A DNA stretch of 63,987 bases, filler included, from Barthelona sp. PAP020 (GCA_040182905.1; 34 parts of 34 records of this genome joined end to end with filler, not necessarily neighbours in it); one strand, 5' to 3'; numbered from the whole stretch's first letter, positions 45,284 to 57,138 are shown. Program-made: numbers and translations. The notes: a model not told the origin generated them from the letters alone.

Positions 45284-45619
45284 CTGAAGAATAATTAAAC
45301 ATGATAATCTCTGTTGAAAGATTACCAACACCAATTCCACACAATAAATAGGATAAAATGGCCTTAATTCAACACCATAACCCCTTAATCACGCGAATAA
45401 GTTGTATAGCTCATAGTTTAGATGTATTAAAGAAAGAAGAGTTCAACTAAATCTGAAAACAAAACAACTGCACCCAATGAATATTTGTCAACATCGTTCA
45501 TTGACATGAGGTGAATATTTGCAATTTGAATTTTGAGGAAATTTTGAAAATTTCTAGTTAATCGTCAATTTCTATTTTCCATTTCTGTTTATTTCTTTTT
45601 TTTTTTTTGTTAGTTTATT

Positions 45620-46316
45620 ATGTCTGTTGAATCAAGGGGTGAAAGAGGAGAATTAATACGTGGTTTATTTCCTCAAAATATTAATGAAAATTGTGGAGGT
45701 GAAATTGCAAATGTGATTTCTAATTATTTGTATGACTGTAAATACTTGCCAAATGGTAAACAATTGGTTGTTGGTAGTTATCAAGCTGTTCATATCATTG
45801 ATGTAGCAACTGGAATGTTGAATCGTACATTGAAAGAGCATGCACACCATGTTTATGAAATTGCCATTTCACCAAATGGGCAAAAGCTGGCAACATGTTC
45901 CCAAGATAAGTCTATCATTGTATACAGCCTTCCAGATTTCTCCATCTTGTGTAGATTGAATGGTGGATGTTGTATTTGTGGAATTTGTTTTTCTTTTTGT
46001 TCAAATTATGTATATTATGGTGATGAGAGTGGAAATCTTACGAAAAGTGACACAAATAATGGGAGAATTGTCTTGGAAAAGAGAATTTCGAATAGATTTA
46101 TTTGGAGAGTGAAACTATCAACGGATGGTAAATATCTTTTGACTGGAGATGGTGATGGTATTGCCAAGTTGGTTGACCCAGATGATTTGTCTGTTGTTCG
46201 TACATTCAGTCAAGGTAGCGAAATTAGAGCTATTGATTTCCACCCAACTGAAAGAATGATTGCTGTTGGTAACAAATCAAACAAAGTCAAACTCTGGAAC
46301 ATGGACGACGGATCAC
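45620..46316 (+). CDS. WD40-repeat protein, 3'-truncated
   Basis: EHAHHVYEIAISPNGQKLATCSQDKSIIVY, IRAIDFHP...VKLWN. Confidence 0.9.
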
Positions 46317-46417
46317 NNNNNNNNNNNNNNNNNNNNNNNNNNNNNNNNNNNNNNNNNNNNTTAATTAATTAANNNNNNNNNNNNNNNNNNNNNNNNNNNN
46401 NNNNNNNNNNNNNNNNT

Positions 46418-46600
46418 AACCCTCAATTGATCATATTTGTCATGACTGGCGCAATAACCGCAAGTGAAATATCTGCTTTAAAACATTTTGCGAAGAACTA
46501 TTTTGACAGACCCTGTCTTGTTATCGCCAATAATTTATCAAATGGAAATGATATTATGAAGGAAGTATGTTTCAATGCATCAAAATTACAAACTAATTGA
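46418..46600 (+). CDS. C-terminus of a Sec1/Munc18-family protein (Vps33-like)
   Basis: LIIFVMTGAITASEISALK...LVIANNLSNGNDIM resembles the Vps33 GGVTxAEIAALR...TTxxxNG tail. Confidence 0.6.
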   Translation, partial: NPQLIIFVMTGAITASEISALKHFAKNYFDRPCLVIANNLSNGNDIMKEVCFNASKLQTN

Positions 46601-46901
46601 TAATAAATGTGTAAAGTTTTGATTCTTCTTTTTAAAAAGCTTGTTAGTCAATATCTTGGTTTTTTCTTTCTTTTGAATATTCGTATCTTTTCCCAAATAA
46701 TCATTTTCCTCCAATATTCAGCATTAATTCTGAAGCATTCAATTTTTGGACCGTTCATTTTCTTCTTTGTAAAAGTAATTTTTTCAACAATCTCAATGTC
46801 ATGTTTTGAAGTTCAAATGAAAAGAATTTTCACTGAAGAAAAAGGAGAAAATGAAAAGGTTACACACGTTTACAGTTTTCAACTATGACAAAAAAGAATA
46901 C

Positions 46902-47600
46902 TCAGTCAGCTTTGCATAAAACATAGTTGTATCTGGCAGCTCCAATTCTTGCAATCCACCAGGAAGCAGAAGGGCAAGTCCAACCATGATTTTCATGAAT
47001 GACAACACGACCATTTTCGGGAACAATACTGGTGTTATCAATTAATTTCTTTGTGAGCTTCCATAATTTTTGAGAAGTAAATTTCCAGCCATCCATGTCA
47101 AAAGATTTAACAGTGGGAAGAGTGTAAGGCATAAGTGAGTTGTAACCTGAAACTCTGTTACCATTGGCAAGAACATGTTGAAGGAAAGGCAAATCACGAA
47201 CATATTCCAAATAAGAGAATTTGTTGTCTTCAATTTCCAATGTTTGAAGGAATTGAAGATCAAGTAATTTTGGGCTTAAGCGCTTAAGATTGTTTCCACC
47301 AAGTCTGAGATATTTAAGTTCAGGGAAGCATTTGATGATGGAGGACAAACGATTATCAGGTCCCTTACCAGGAAGTCCCATATCCTTAAGAGAAATATAC
47401 TTAACAATGTTGTTTTCACAGTTAACAATTTCAGAATAGAAAGGGTGAGTACAAACGTTTCCAACTGGAAGAGGGCCAACAAAACCCATATCCCTTAAAA
47501 AGGCTCTCGTATCCTTGGTCTTTCCTTGACAAACATATGGAGTACCAGCCAAACATCCCACAATAAAAAGGGCAGCAATGAAAAAGTGGACAATTCTCAT
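46902..47600 (-). CDS. Secreted leucine-rich-repeat protein
   Basis: Signal peptide, Cys-containing N-cap, LKYLRLGGNNL / LQTLEIEDNKF / LQHVLANGNRV repeats. Confidence 0.8.
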   Translation of the reverse strand: MRIVHFFIAALFIVGCLAGTPYVCQGKTKDTRAFLRDMGFVGPLPVGNVCTHPFYSEIVNCENNIVKYISLKDMGLPGKGPDNRLSSIIKCFPELKYLRLGGNNLKRLSPKLLDLQFLQTLEIEDNKFSYLEYVRDLPFLQHVLANGNRVSGYNSLMPYTLPTVKSFDMDGWKFTSQKLWKLTKKLIDNTSIVPENGRVVIHENHGWTCPSASWWIARIGAARYNYVLCKAD

Positions 47601-47951
47601 TTTCTCAACACAAAAAGTATTAAATAAACTTGATTCATATTTTGCAAACCTGTTCTGCCATCTGTTAATTCAAGATGTGATTTGTTGTAACTTCTATTCT
47701 CTTTTGCGAACTTTTGCTAAATTATTCACATTTTTTACATAATTGAACAAATATTTAACAAAGACTGGTAATTTTTTTAACAAGATAAAGAGTGAAAAAA
47801 TTGTAAAATCTGTCTATAACACAAATAAAAATATTTTATTTTTCACATTCACAATAAATAAAAAGTTTTGTGAGCTGAAACTCATTTTAAAGAGCGAACA
47901 GAAAAAGGTCTGGAAAACAAAAGATTTTTTTTTTCTTTCAAACTTCTTCCA

Positions 47952-48180
47952 ATGTCTTTGTTTCGTATTAGAATTGAAAACATTTCTTGTGTTAATTTAG
48001 CCGCAAGAGATTCAAATGGTTTATCTGATCCTTGTATTTATATATTTATATATGTCCATTTTAACCTAACAATTTAGATGTTATTTTTGATTTTAATGAT
48101 CAAGTAAAATACAAAACTGCTGTTATTGATAAAAATTTGAATCCTGTTTTTCCTGAAACTTTCGAAGGAGAAATTGCTGT
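47952..48180 (+). CDS. C2-domain protein, 5' fragment; intron 48034-48077
   Basis: NLAARDSNGLSDP/YV...KTAVIDKNLNPVFPETF after removing a 44-nt GTATTT...CCTAACAATTTAG intron. Confidence 0.88.
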
Positions 48181-48297
48181 NNNNNNNNNNNNNNNNNNNN
48201 NNNNNNNNNNNNNNNNNNNNNNNNTTAATTAATTAANNNNNNNNNNNNNNNNNNNNNNNNNNNNNNNNNNNNNNNNNNNNAAGAGTTTTTCTTCAAA

Positions 48298-50032
48298 ATG
48301 GCTTCATTATCACTCGATATTGTGCGTGAATATACACGTGAAAGACGAGAATTCGGTCGTCCTTGTCAATTTGAGGTTTCTACGACATCTTTAATCTCCA
48401 TTGCTCCTGAACCTTCATTGATGGATAATTGGGTTAAAAGAGAACGTAGATCCATTGCATTTTCTTCAATACCTGATTTATCTGAACATTATGTCAACAC
48501 AGAAAGACATGAAACTCAAAGTGTTGGTATTCTTCATTTGGAGGGAGGTTGGCCAAAAACTGTTGACCCTTCCCAGGTGGAACAAACCACATCCTTTAGA
48601 AAGAAGGTTGAGAAAGATGAAAAATACATTGCTTCTGTTGTTTCACTTGCGGAGAATGTCACACCAACTTTCAAACAAAATTTCTCTATTGATATTTATG
48701 AGGAATATTTTGCAGATATGTTGGATGATTCTGTTTTTTCTCAACAACCATCAGCTCGTTCTGTTTTATTGTTGCATGATGTATTATCAGATCATAACCG
48801 TGTTGCTTCTTCATTATCCTGGTATCCAGATGATGGATCTAAAGTTGCTGTTGCATATTCTGACTTATCGTTTACTTCTACTGTGTCTCAATCTTCGGCC
48901 GCTTCATATATTTGGGATTTGTTGAACCCTACTCAACCTTGCTATACTCTTTCTGCACCATCTTCACTTGTTTCTTTAGCTTATAATCCTAAGGATCTTC
49001 ATTCCATCGCTGGTGGTCTTGCTAATGGGTTAGTTACTGTATGGGACACCAGACGTGCCAGTAGTGCTTTTGAAACATCTGCTATTGAAAAGTCTCATGA
49101 CGATCCTGTGTATGATTTTAAATGGTTGCAATCCAAGTCAGCTTGTGAGTTATTAACAGTATCTACTGACGGAAAGGCTGCTTTTTGGGATACCAGAAAA
49201 TTGAGTGAACCAACCGAAAGTTTAATGTTGCAACCTCATGGTGAAGGACCAATTCATGGAGGTATAACTCTGAATTATGATACAGCAGCCGGTCCTACAA
49301 AATTCTTAATTGGTACGGAAGGTGGTGCAATTCTTCCAGGTAATAGAAAAGTTAAAAATGTAAGTGATCGAATTGGAACTGCATACTCCGGTGCTCATTT
49401 GGGACCTGTTTTGGCTATTTCAAGAAACATGACATTCCCCAGATTCTTTTTATCTTGCGGAGATTGGTCATTGAAAATTTGGTATGAAGAAGAAGTTTTG
49501 AGAACGCCCATCATTTCCAGTAGATTCTACGCTAGTTACTTGACTTCAGCTCAATGGAGTCCAACAAGACCTTCATTATTTGCTGTTTCACGTATTGATG
49601 GTGTTTTGGACATTTGGGACTTGTTATTGAGACAAGGTGATTCCATTTTAAGTTTAGATTTGACAACAGGTTCAACTGCTGGAAGAAATGCAGGATTACA
49701 TACCATAGAATTCCAAAATGCTGGGTCAAATACTGGACGTTTCTTGGCTGTTGGTGCAAAGAATGGTGATGTTAATATTTGTGAGTTGTCTCAATCTTTA
49801 GTTTTATCACATCCTTCTGAAAAAGATATTTTAGCAAAATTGTTGGAGTCTGATCTTAAGCGAGAAAAGAATTACAGAGCTCGTGAGAAACAATTGGCTG
49901 AAACTCGTTCTTTGGCATCCGAATCAATGTCTAAATTGGAAGATTCAAATTTCGATGAAGCTGAATTGAATCAATTGATAAAAGAAGTGGAAGCTGAATT
50001 CTTTGAAGCGCTTCAAAAACCTGAAGAATCTT
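48298..50032 (+). CDS. DNAI2: Axonemal outer-arm dynein intermediate chain 2 (IC69/ODA6), 3' end clipped
   Basis: RREFGR, SEHYVNTER, HLEGGWPK, FRKKVEKDEKY, IDIYEEYF, WD repeats, AAGPTKFLIGTEGG. Confidence 0.93.
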
Positions 50033-50132
50033 NNNNNNNNNNNNNNNNNNNNNNNNNNNNNNNNNNNNNNNNNNNNTTAATTAATTAANNNNNNNNNNNN
50101 NNNNNNNNNNNNNNNNNNNNNNNNNNNNNNNN

Positions 50133-50863
50133 GCGACACTATACATATGGACATGGCCATCTTCACTAGAACTTATGAGAAATTTCCCTGAATGGCTAAA
50201 TTGTACACAACAGATACATCTTGTGTGATTAGATACGCTCCAAGCTAAACTGAAACTTTCAATATCAACAACATACAGATTGTAATCACTACCACCTGCC
50301 GCAAGTAAAGTGTTTTCGGGATTGACATCAATTCGCCAAATAAATTGATCGTTACCTGGCTTACAAGAGTTCAATTTCTCTCCGCTTTGTATGTCAAACT
50401 TTGTCAACATTCCAGACGTGCTTCCACAAAAGAGAATGTTGCTATCTGTTTTAAAGAAGCATAAAGAAAAAATATCAGTTTCAGAATCCAAAGTTTGAAC
50501 CCATTCAAAATTTTTGCTGCGGTCATTTCGATGAATGTGTACTTTTGATGAACCACAAACGGCTAAATACAGATTATCTGCAGAGAAACAACAATACCGA
50601 GGTTGATCTACTTCAATATTGTGAATTTTTGTGTGAGTTTCTGAATCAAAAATCATCATTGATTCATCCTCAGTATCATTATCAACACAAACAACAAATA
50701 TACTCCCATCATTCGAAAAATTAATACAATGAATTCTTTTGGAGAATCCTGAAATTTCATGAATTTTGTCTCCAACATTAACAATACTTCTAACCTCAAA
50801 AAAAGTTTCAATCTCATTTAAATCTTTGGTTTTCTCTTTCACGTTTTCTTTTTCTGATTCCAT
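50133..50863 (-). CDS. WD40-repeat protein, 3'-truncated; apparent paralog of the 45620 protein
   Basis: NHTRCICCVQFSHSGKFLISSSEDG; shares SGxLTKxD...FIWR with 45620. Confidence 0.88.
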
Positions 50864-51979
50864 TTTAAAATTGGTGCTTTGATAAAAGAAAAAATAAAGA
50901 CAGATTTAATTTTCTTCTCAAGGAGTTAATTTCTTTTTAAACTCTTTTGTCACATTATTTCTGTGCAAGATTAAACCTTGTTTTGTTTGAAACAAGCCTC
51001 ATTTTAAAGGTTTTTTCTTCATCAAAGTGCTAGTTTTAAAAGAAAAATAATTTTTTATCTTCTTATTTTTTGGATGTTTTTTTTTAATTTCTTGTGGTAT
51101 TTGGGACAGTTTTATTTTATTATCTAACCACAATGAAATAAAAGTTTCATCAGCAAGACATCAGCAATTTTCTGGTGGATTTAGAAATGCTCTTTTTAAT
51201 TCAGTAGTATGTAATGGTACTTGACCTATTAAACCAAGTGTAACAAAGTTAAATATCTTTGAGTACCACGTTTAAGACAACTACCAAATTTGAATTGATG
51301 ATTCAGTTTTGTTTTTAATTCATCTCTTCTTTTTAACTGGACAATAATAATAAATACTTCTAAAGACCTTTATTGTTCTCGGTTAGAGTTTGGGGGTATT
51401 TGAAACTGGTTCGTTTTGGGTGGATGGTTCGAAGCACTCTTAAAAATAATAATAATATTTGGTCTCATCAAATAAGTTTTCATTTACGTTTATAGACGCC
51501 CTGATTATCGTAACAGAGAGAGATAATCACACACTTAGACAAAGTTTCCAGTATTGGAAGTGATCAGTAACAATCGTTTTGGCGGTAAAGTGAAAAAGAT
51601 TTACATAAGTTTTATTTTCTGCTCTATACAGCAAGCCTACATTTTAAGATTGCCTAATTTTTTTGAAAAAAGAAGAAAACCCTTCGACATCAATTGCGCT
51701 CAAGACAAAATCGATCGCCCCAATAAAATCCCAAACTCTCAGAAACAAAGCCTATAAACAAAAAGAAAGGTTAAAATAAAAAAAAGAAGTGTTCGTGGCA
51801 AAGGGGACGGATTTCACGTAAAAGACAATATAAATGTGTTTAAGGTTTCTTCTTGCAATTTCTGATATTAATGGGTATCNNNNNNNNNNNNNNNNNNNNN
51901 NNNNNNNNNNNNNNNNNNNNNNNTTAATTAATTAANNNNNNNNNNNNNNNNNNNNNNNNNNNNNNNNNNNNNNNNNNNN

Positions 51980-52249
51980 AATTTTATTGATCATTATCTT
52001 CCTGAGCTTTATTGCTCATTGTCAATAAAAGTTGGAGAAAATATATTGAAACAAAGCAAAGAATTTTACATTTTGGACAATCCGGATTTTACTTTGTCAA
52101 TGAAGCCCTACGACACAACAGCTGTTTTCCTTGAAAAAGCAACGAATAGAAAAAGGTTGATTGAAGTTGAAAAACCCTCAAAATGTAGAATCTCATTGAT
52201 TCTTCTTCTGGATTTCATCAAAAAATCCGAAATGGAAAAATTTGGTTAG
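51980..52249 (+). CDS. 3' fragment of a hypothetical protein
   Basis: Frame open from the contig edge to a stop. Confidence 0.45.
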   Translation, partial: NFIDHYLPELYCSLSIKVGENILKQSKEFYILDNPDFTLSMKPYDTTAVFLEKATNRKRLIEVEKPSKCRISLILLLDFIKKSEMEKFG

Positions 52250-52718
52250 CATACTTTAATAATTTACTTCGATTTTGTATTGAAAGAACAATAAATGGGA
52301 GTCATTTTTTATTTTTCCTTTTTGGCAAACGTTTTCCAACACTTTAAAAACGTGAGTCTGGTACCTTTTTTTTTGGTAATAATGTCATTTTTCTCTTAAT
52401 TTTAACGCTTCTATAGATAGAACTGTTCTATGTGGTGTGAAATTACTGCATTGCTATTGATCGAAGATACTAAAAGGCTCCAATCTTTCTGAAATTTATC
52501 CTTTTTGCACAAAGTTTCTTACAATGCACTTGTAGGAGGTCAAAAATTTTGGAATAGAAAATGGAAAAGGTTCGAATCAAGAAGAAAGAGCAAAGAAAAG
52601 AAATGATGGTCCAGCAACAATAATCGTCTTTTGTATAACTCTTGCTCTTTTTATAAAGTTCTTTGCTAACAACTCAAATTCACAAATTCAACATTTATTA
52701 AAGAATAAATTAGCAAAA

Positions 52719-53585
52719 CTAATCACATTTATCACCGTCTTTTGCTTCAAAACTCTCTAACTTTATGGGAGACTTCTTTTCTTGCTTGATTTTTTCACCG
52801 TCTGTATTCAAATCTTCAACATCAAAATCAACTGGTGCAGAGGTATAACCTAATTTACGTCCTTCAGGACACAGATGATGAATAAGACACTCATCACATT
52901 TAGGCCCAATGGGTTTGCAAACCGTTTGGCCAAAACCAACCAACAAAGGGTTAATCTTCTCCCAATAATCACGAGGAACCCATCTTTCCAATTGAGATCT
53001 CGTTCGTGAAGGTGTGTTTGACTTTGTAAATGTCAACCTATTACAGATTCTATGTACATGTGTATCAACAGATATACCAACGTTTTTATTCCAACCAATC
53101 TGCATTGCCAAGATTCCCATTTTTTCTCCAACTCCAGGTAAAGCCATCAAATCTGTCAAATTATCCGGGATATCTCCGTTATATTTTTCAGCTAATATTT
53201 CACAAGTTTTTTTTATATATTCTGTTTTTCTATTATGAAATCCTACCATGGTAATTCTTTCATTCAATTCTTCTGATGATATTTGCCTTATATTAGCCAA
53301 ATTGCAACCAATTTCATGTAAATTTGCCATAGCAAGTGCAGTTTTATCATCTTTTGTTTGTGAACTCAACATCAAAGCAATTAAAGTTTGAAATCTAAAG
53401 TCAACCGCATTTGCACTATCATCAGGTAAACAATGGGCACCAACTGAATCAACAGGTGCTTTATATTTTGGATTTTTTCTCATTTTGGAAATACCTTCCA
53501 ACATTTCTTGCCAATTCAAGGGATATTTTTGTTCTGATTCCATCTTTGGCTCTCGTTTTATCTTCGTCTTTTTATTCTTAACCAT
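52719..53585 (-). CDS. NTHL1: Endonuclease III homolog (HhH-GPD glycosylase with 4Fe-4S)
   Basis: APVDSVG, LMLSSQTKD, LPGVGEKM, ISVDTHVHRI, CKPIGPKCDECLIHHLCP. Confidence 0.95.
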   Translation of the reverse strand: MVKNKKTKIKREPKMESEQKYPLNWQEMLEGISKMRKNPKYKAPVDSVGAHCLPDDSANAVDFRFQTLIALMLSSQTKDDKTALAMANLHEIGCNLANIRQISSEELNERITMVGFHNRKTEYIKKTCEILAEKYNGDIPDNLTDLMALPGVGEKMGILAMQIGWNKNVGISVDTHVHRICNRLTFTKSNTPSRTRSQLERWVPRDYWEKINPLLVGFGQTVCKPIGPKCDECLIHHLCPEGRKLGYTSAPVDFDVEDLNTDGEKIKQEKKSPIKLESFEAKDGDKCD

Positions 53586-54242
53586 AAAGAGATGAATGAA
53601 AAAAAAAAAAAATATGAAATAAGACTTTATTGAACTTTTCCGTAAAGAGACTCCATAAAACATCCCAATTGAGTGACGACAGCAAACACTCAAAACTGAT
53701 ATCAACTGGTTGGTNNNNNNNNNNNNNNNNNNNNNNNNNNNNNNNNNNNNNNNNNNNNTTAATTAATTAANNNNNNNNNNNNNNNNNNNNNNNNNNNNNN
53801 NNNNNNNNNNNNNNTTTGTTGTTATTTCACTTTCAATTTTGATATCCATTAATATCAGAAATTGCAAGAAGAAACCTTAAACACATTTATATTGTCTTTT
53901 ACGTGAAATCCGTCCGCTTTGCTATGAAAAATTTATCCCATTCGCAAATTTGAGTTTCCTTATTAAAAATTTGTTATTCCTTGCTAACCACATGAAAAAT
54001 CGCTTGTCAAAAAGATTATATAAAATATTAAAGTGTTATTTTGGCGAAATCGAGCAGCTTTGCTACCAATAAATTTTAAAAGTGTTTGAAAGAGCATTTA
54101 GAAAATCTAAAATCAAAGATAAGCGAAAATAAACATGCTTTTTCAATTTTATGCGTTTTATTGTCCTATTTAAATGACTGGGACTAACCAATTTTGGAAA
54201 TCCATTGGATTATTTTTTTTGTGATTTACTGATGTGTTTTTG

Positions 54243-55064
54243 ATGGAAAATACTTTTTTAATTGATCAAGGAACTCAAAATGTTCGATATGGAACAACTA
54301 ACAATTATGTTTCTGAAATTATTGATGATCCAAAGATTTACACAAAAACTGAAGAATTTTACGAAAATATATTATTATTTGACAGTGAATTATATCCAAC
54401 AAATATTTCATATACAGTTTGTGATGAAAAACCTTATTTAAAATATAAAAATAAGAATGAAAAAATGCAACTTTTTTTTGAAACCTTTAAAGCTTCCAAT
54501 ATTCAACCAGTTTCTCATATTATTGCTGATTTGGTTTCGTTAGGACAAACAACAGGTACAATTTTATCGATTGGTTATAATCAAACGCAATTAGGGTTTA
54601 TTAATGATTTGAGCGTAGTTAGTCACAAAAATTTTTCAGATTTTGGCGGATGTGTTTTTGATATTCCAGAAGAGATTGACACATTTGATAATTTTGTTGA
54701 TTTTGAAATGCAAAAAAGAAGCTCCATAAATGGATTTTTAGATGATGCTAAAATTGCAAATTATCAATTACCGGATGATAGTTATTTGTTGTTGTCACAA
54801 AAGTTCGATGAACAAATGCTGGAATTTACCAGAACAGGGTTGCTTAACAATAAAAATATCTTTGTTTCTGGCAATGGTGCATTAGGACATTGTTTTCATG
54901 AATTTGAAGAAAAGACAAACTCTCAGGTTCATCATAGTTTTCGTGTGGATTCCACTTTTTTTGGAATGGCAATTCTTTCAATTATGGAGGATTCACCTGT
55001 TATTACCAGACAAGAATATGAAGAAGTGGGTCTTTCATCTTTTTTTGTCATCGGTTGTGAATAA
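54243..55064 (+). CDS. Highly divergent, short actin-related protein
   Basis: LIDQGTQNVRYG, MQLFFETF, SLGQTTGTILSIG, YQLPDD, NIFVSGNG, ITRQEYEEVG follow the actin motif order. Confidence 0.75.
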   Translation: MENTFLIDQGTQNVRYGTTNNYVSEIIDDPKIYTKTEEFYENILLFDSELYPTNISYTVCDEKPYLKYKNKNEKMQLFFETFKASNIQPVSHIIADLVSLGQTTGTILSIGYNQTQLGFINDLSVVSHKNFSDFGGCVFDIPEEIDTFDNFVDFEMQKRSSINGFLDDAKIANYQLPDDSYLLLSQKFDEQMLEFTRTGLLNNKNIFVSGNGALGHCFHEFEEKTNSQVHHSFRVDSTFFGMAILSIMEDSPVITRQEYEEVGLSSFFVIGCE

Positions 55065-55337
55065 ATAATATTTTATTGTAATTTTATTGTTATTGTTTTT
55101 CGTTTGTATAAATTGGAACATTTTCTTAAAAAATGATAATTGGTTTATTAGAATTTAGGATCGAACACTTCAGGGCCATTTTGGAGACTCTTTAGAACGA
55201 AAAACATTCAGAATTTTGTTTGTATTATATTTATTATTTGCACATGATTAAAAATATGCAGAGTTGAAATATTGGATTCAGTTTTTTAATTGGAAAAAAA
55301 AAGGGCGAAATTTTTGTCTGAATCTCATTTACAACTT

Positions 55338-55546
55338 ATGATTAATACCACACCTATTTCCTTTGGTGGACACCGTGCAGGACGTAGTAACGAACTTTTA
55401 AAAGAAAATGTATTCAAAATGAAGAAATTTTAACTAATTTTATAGGAAAAGGAAAAAGATGTTAGAATGTCCAATATTAAACAAGCTAAATCTGTTGCTG
55501 ATGCAGTACGTACTTCACTTGGCCCAAAAGGTATGGATAAAATGAT
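55338..55546 (+). CDS. CCT4: Chaperonin CCT subunit delta, 5' fragment; intron 55410-55445
   Basis: [30 protein letters not shown] after a stop-containing 36-nt GTATTC...AACTAATTTTATAG intron. Confidence 0.88.
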
Positions 55547-55646
55547 NNNNNNNNNNNNNNNNNNNNNNNNNNNNNNNNNNNNNNNNNNNNTTAATTAATT
55601 AANNNNNNNNNNNNNNNNNNNNNNNNNNNNNNNNNNNNNNNNNNNN

Positions 55647-56015
55647 GCGTTGCTTTAAATTGAAATTCAAATATTTCAAAGATCTTTTAATTTCTTCTTC
55701 AGGACATTGCTCAAGATATTCCATAGCCTCTTCTAAAGTATTTGGTCTGAAACCAGATGAATTTCCACGAGCAGTGGCTGGTGGTACATCTGAACTCCGA
55801 TTTCCCATACGTGATGGTGGTACTTCAAATCTTTCAACAGATTGGCGTGCTGTTGGTGGTCTTAAATCATTGTAATATGTATCTTGATTCATTACATATG
55901 CAGATTGAGGTCTATCAGAATAATCCTCTGAAAATAGTTTCCTACTACTGTTACGTGGAGTAACTGGCCTCTCAGGATGTCTTAATTTCGACACTTTCGA
56001 CAGATCAAGATTCAT
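55647..56015 (-). CDS. Hypothetical protein, 5' fragment (repeated PPTAR/PATAR)
   Basis: ATG-initiated ORF open to the contig edge. Confidence 0.6.
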
Positions 56016-56332
56016 AGATGTTTGAATTGAAAAATTTGTAAAAACGCCATCATTTTCTCATTTTTTTTCACTTACCCTTTTTTATTATCATTTATTGCTT
56101 TTTTTTTATTATTATAACACTTCTTTACTTGATAAAAGTGGTAAGAAATAATTTTTACATTTTTTTAAATTGATTTTCAAATATTTCTGAGTATTTCTAA
56201 TTTACAAACACTTCTTTGTCATTTGGCTTGCATTTTTTGCAATTTTATTGTGTAAAAAACTGAAAAATAAGAATAAAGAACGATCGCTTGGTCTTGTGGA
56301 AAACAATATATTTTTTCAACAAATTTGATCGT

Positions 56333-56812
56333 ATGTTTGAACAAAGTTCCGTTTTAAGAACATTGTTGAATCCTTTGTTTATTTTCATTTATGCATTAAT
56401 TTTTCTGATATGTGAATATCTTATTTTCGAACCATTGTTCAAATTCTTTTTCGACATTTATTTGGGAATTTTGTTGTTTGTTGGAGGTAGCATTGTAGGG
56501 CTATGGGGATTAATTAGTTTTAAATTACACAATACCACAGTGGATCCCACGGTGACAGATGCAAGAAAAATTTCAAAAATTGTTGATAATGGTATATTTA
56601 AATACACAAGAAATCCTATGTATGTATGTTTTTGTCTTGATGTGATAGGTTTGGGATTTATTCTTCATTTTGATATCAGTGGTTTTTGTTTTGCAATTGT
56701 TTTATTTTTTGTATATAATTTTTATCAAATTCCAAAAGAAGAAAAACTTTTAAAAGTAGAATTTGGCAAAGAGTATTTATTATATTGTAAAAAAGTAAGA
56801 AGGTGGTTTTAA
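56333..56812 (+). CDS. Isoprenylcysteine carboxyl methyltransferase / PEMT-family membrane methyltransferase
   Basis: TTVDP, GIFKYTRNPMY, QIPKEEKLL...FGKEYLLYCKKVRRW. Confidence 0.85.
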   Translation: MFEQSSVLRTLLNPLFIFIYALIFLICEYLIFEPLFKFFFDIYLGILLFVGGSIVGLWGLISFKLHNTTVDPTVTDARKISKIVDNGIFKYTRNPMYVCFCLDVIGLGFILHFDISGFCFAIVLFFVYNFYQIPKEEKLLKVEFGKEYLLYCKKVRRWF

Positions 56813-57138
56813 TTAAACATTTTAAGATTGTTTGTAATTTATTTGTTGTAAATGCTTTTATTTAATTGATTTATTTTTTTTTTGCTGGTCAAACAATTAG
56901 AAAAAGTCCACAATCACAGTATTTTTTTCATTAACAATTTTTTGCAGCCAAACTATTTGTTGAAAACTTCAAAGAAAATCAATGAAAGAAGTAATTAAAA
57001 AAAAGAATAACACTCCAATATTCTTTGAATATTATTTCACCAGCAAATCAACACGCCAAAGATTGTTCTTTTATTTCAAAGAAAGCTCTTTTATTGAAAA
57101 AAATAATAAACTTAACATTTACATGATAATAAAATCAT

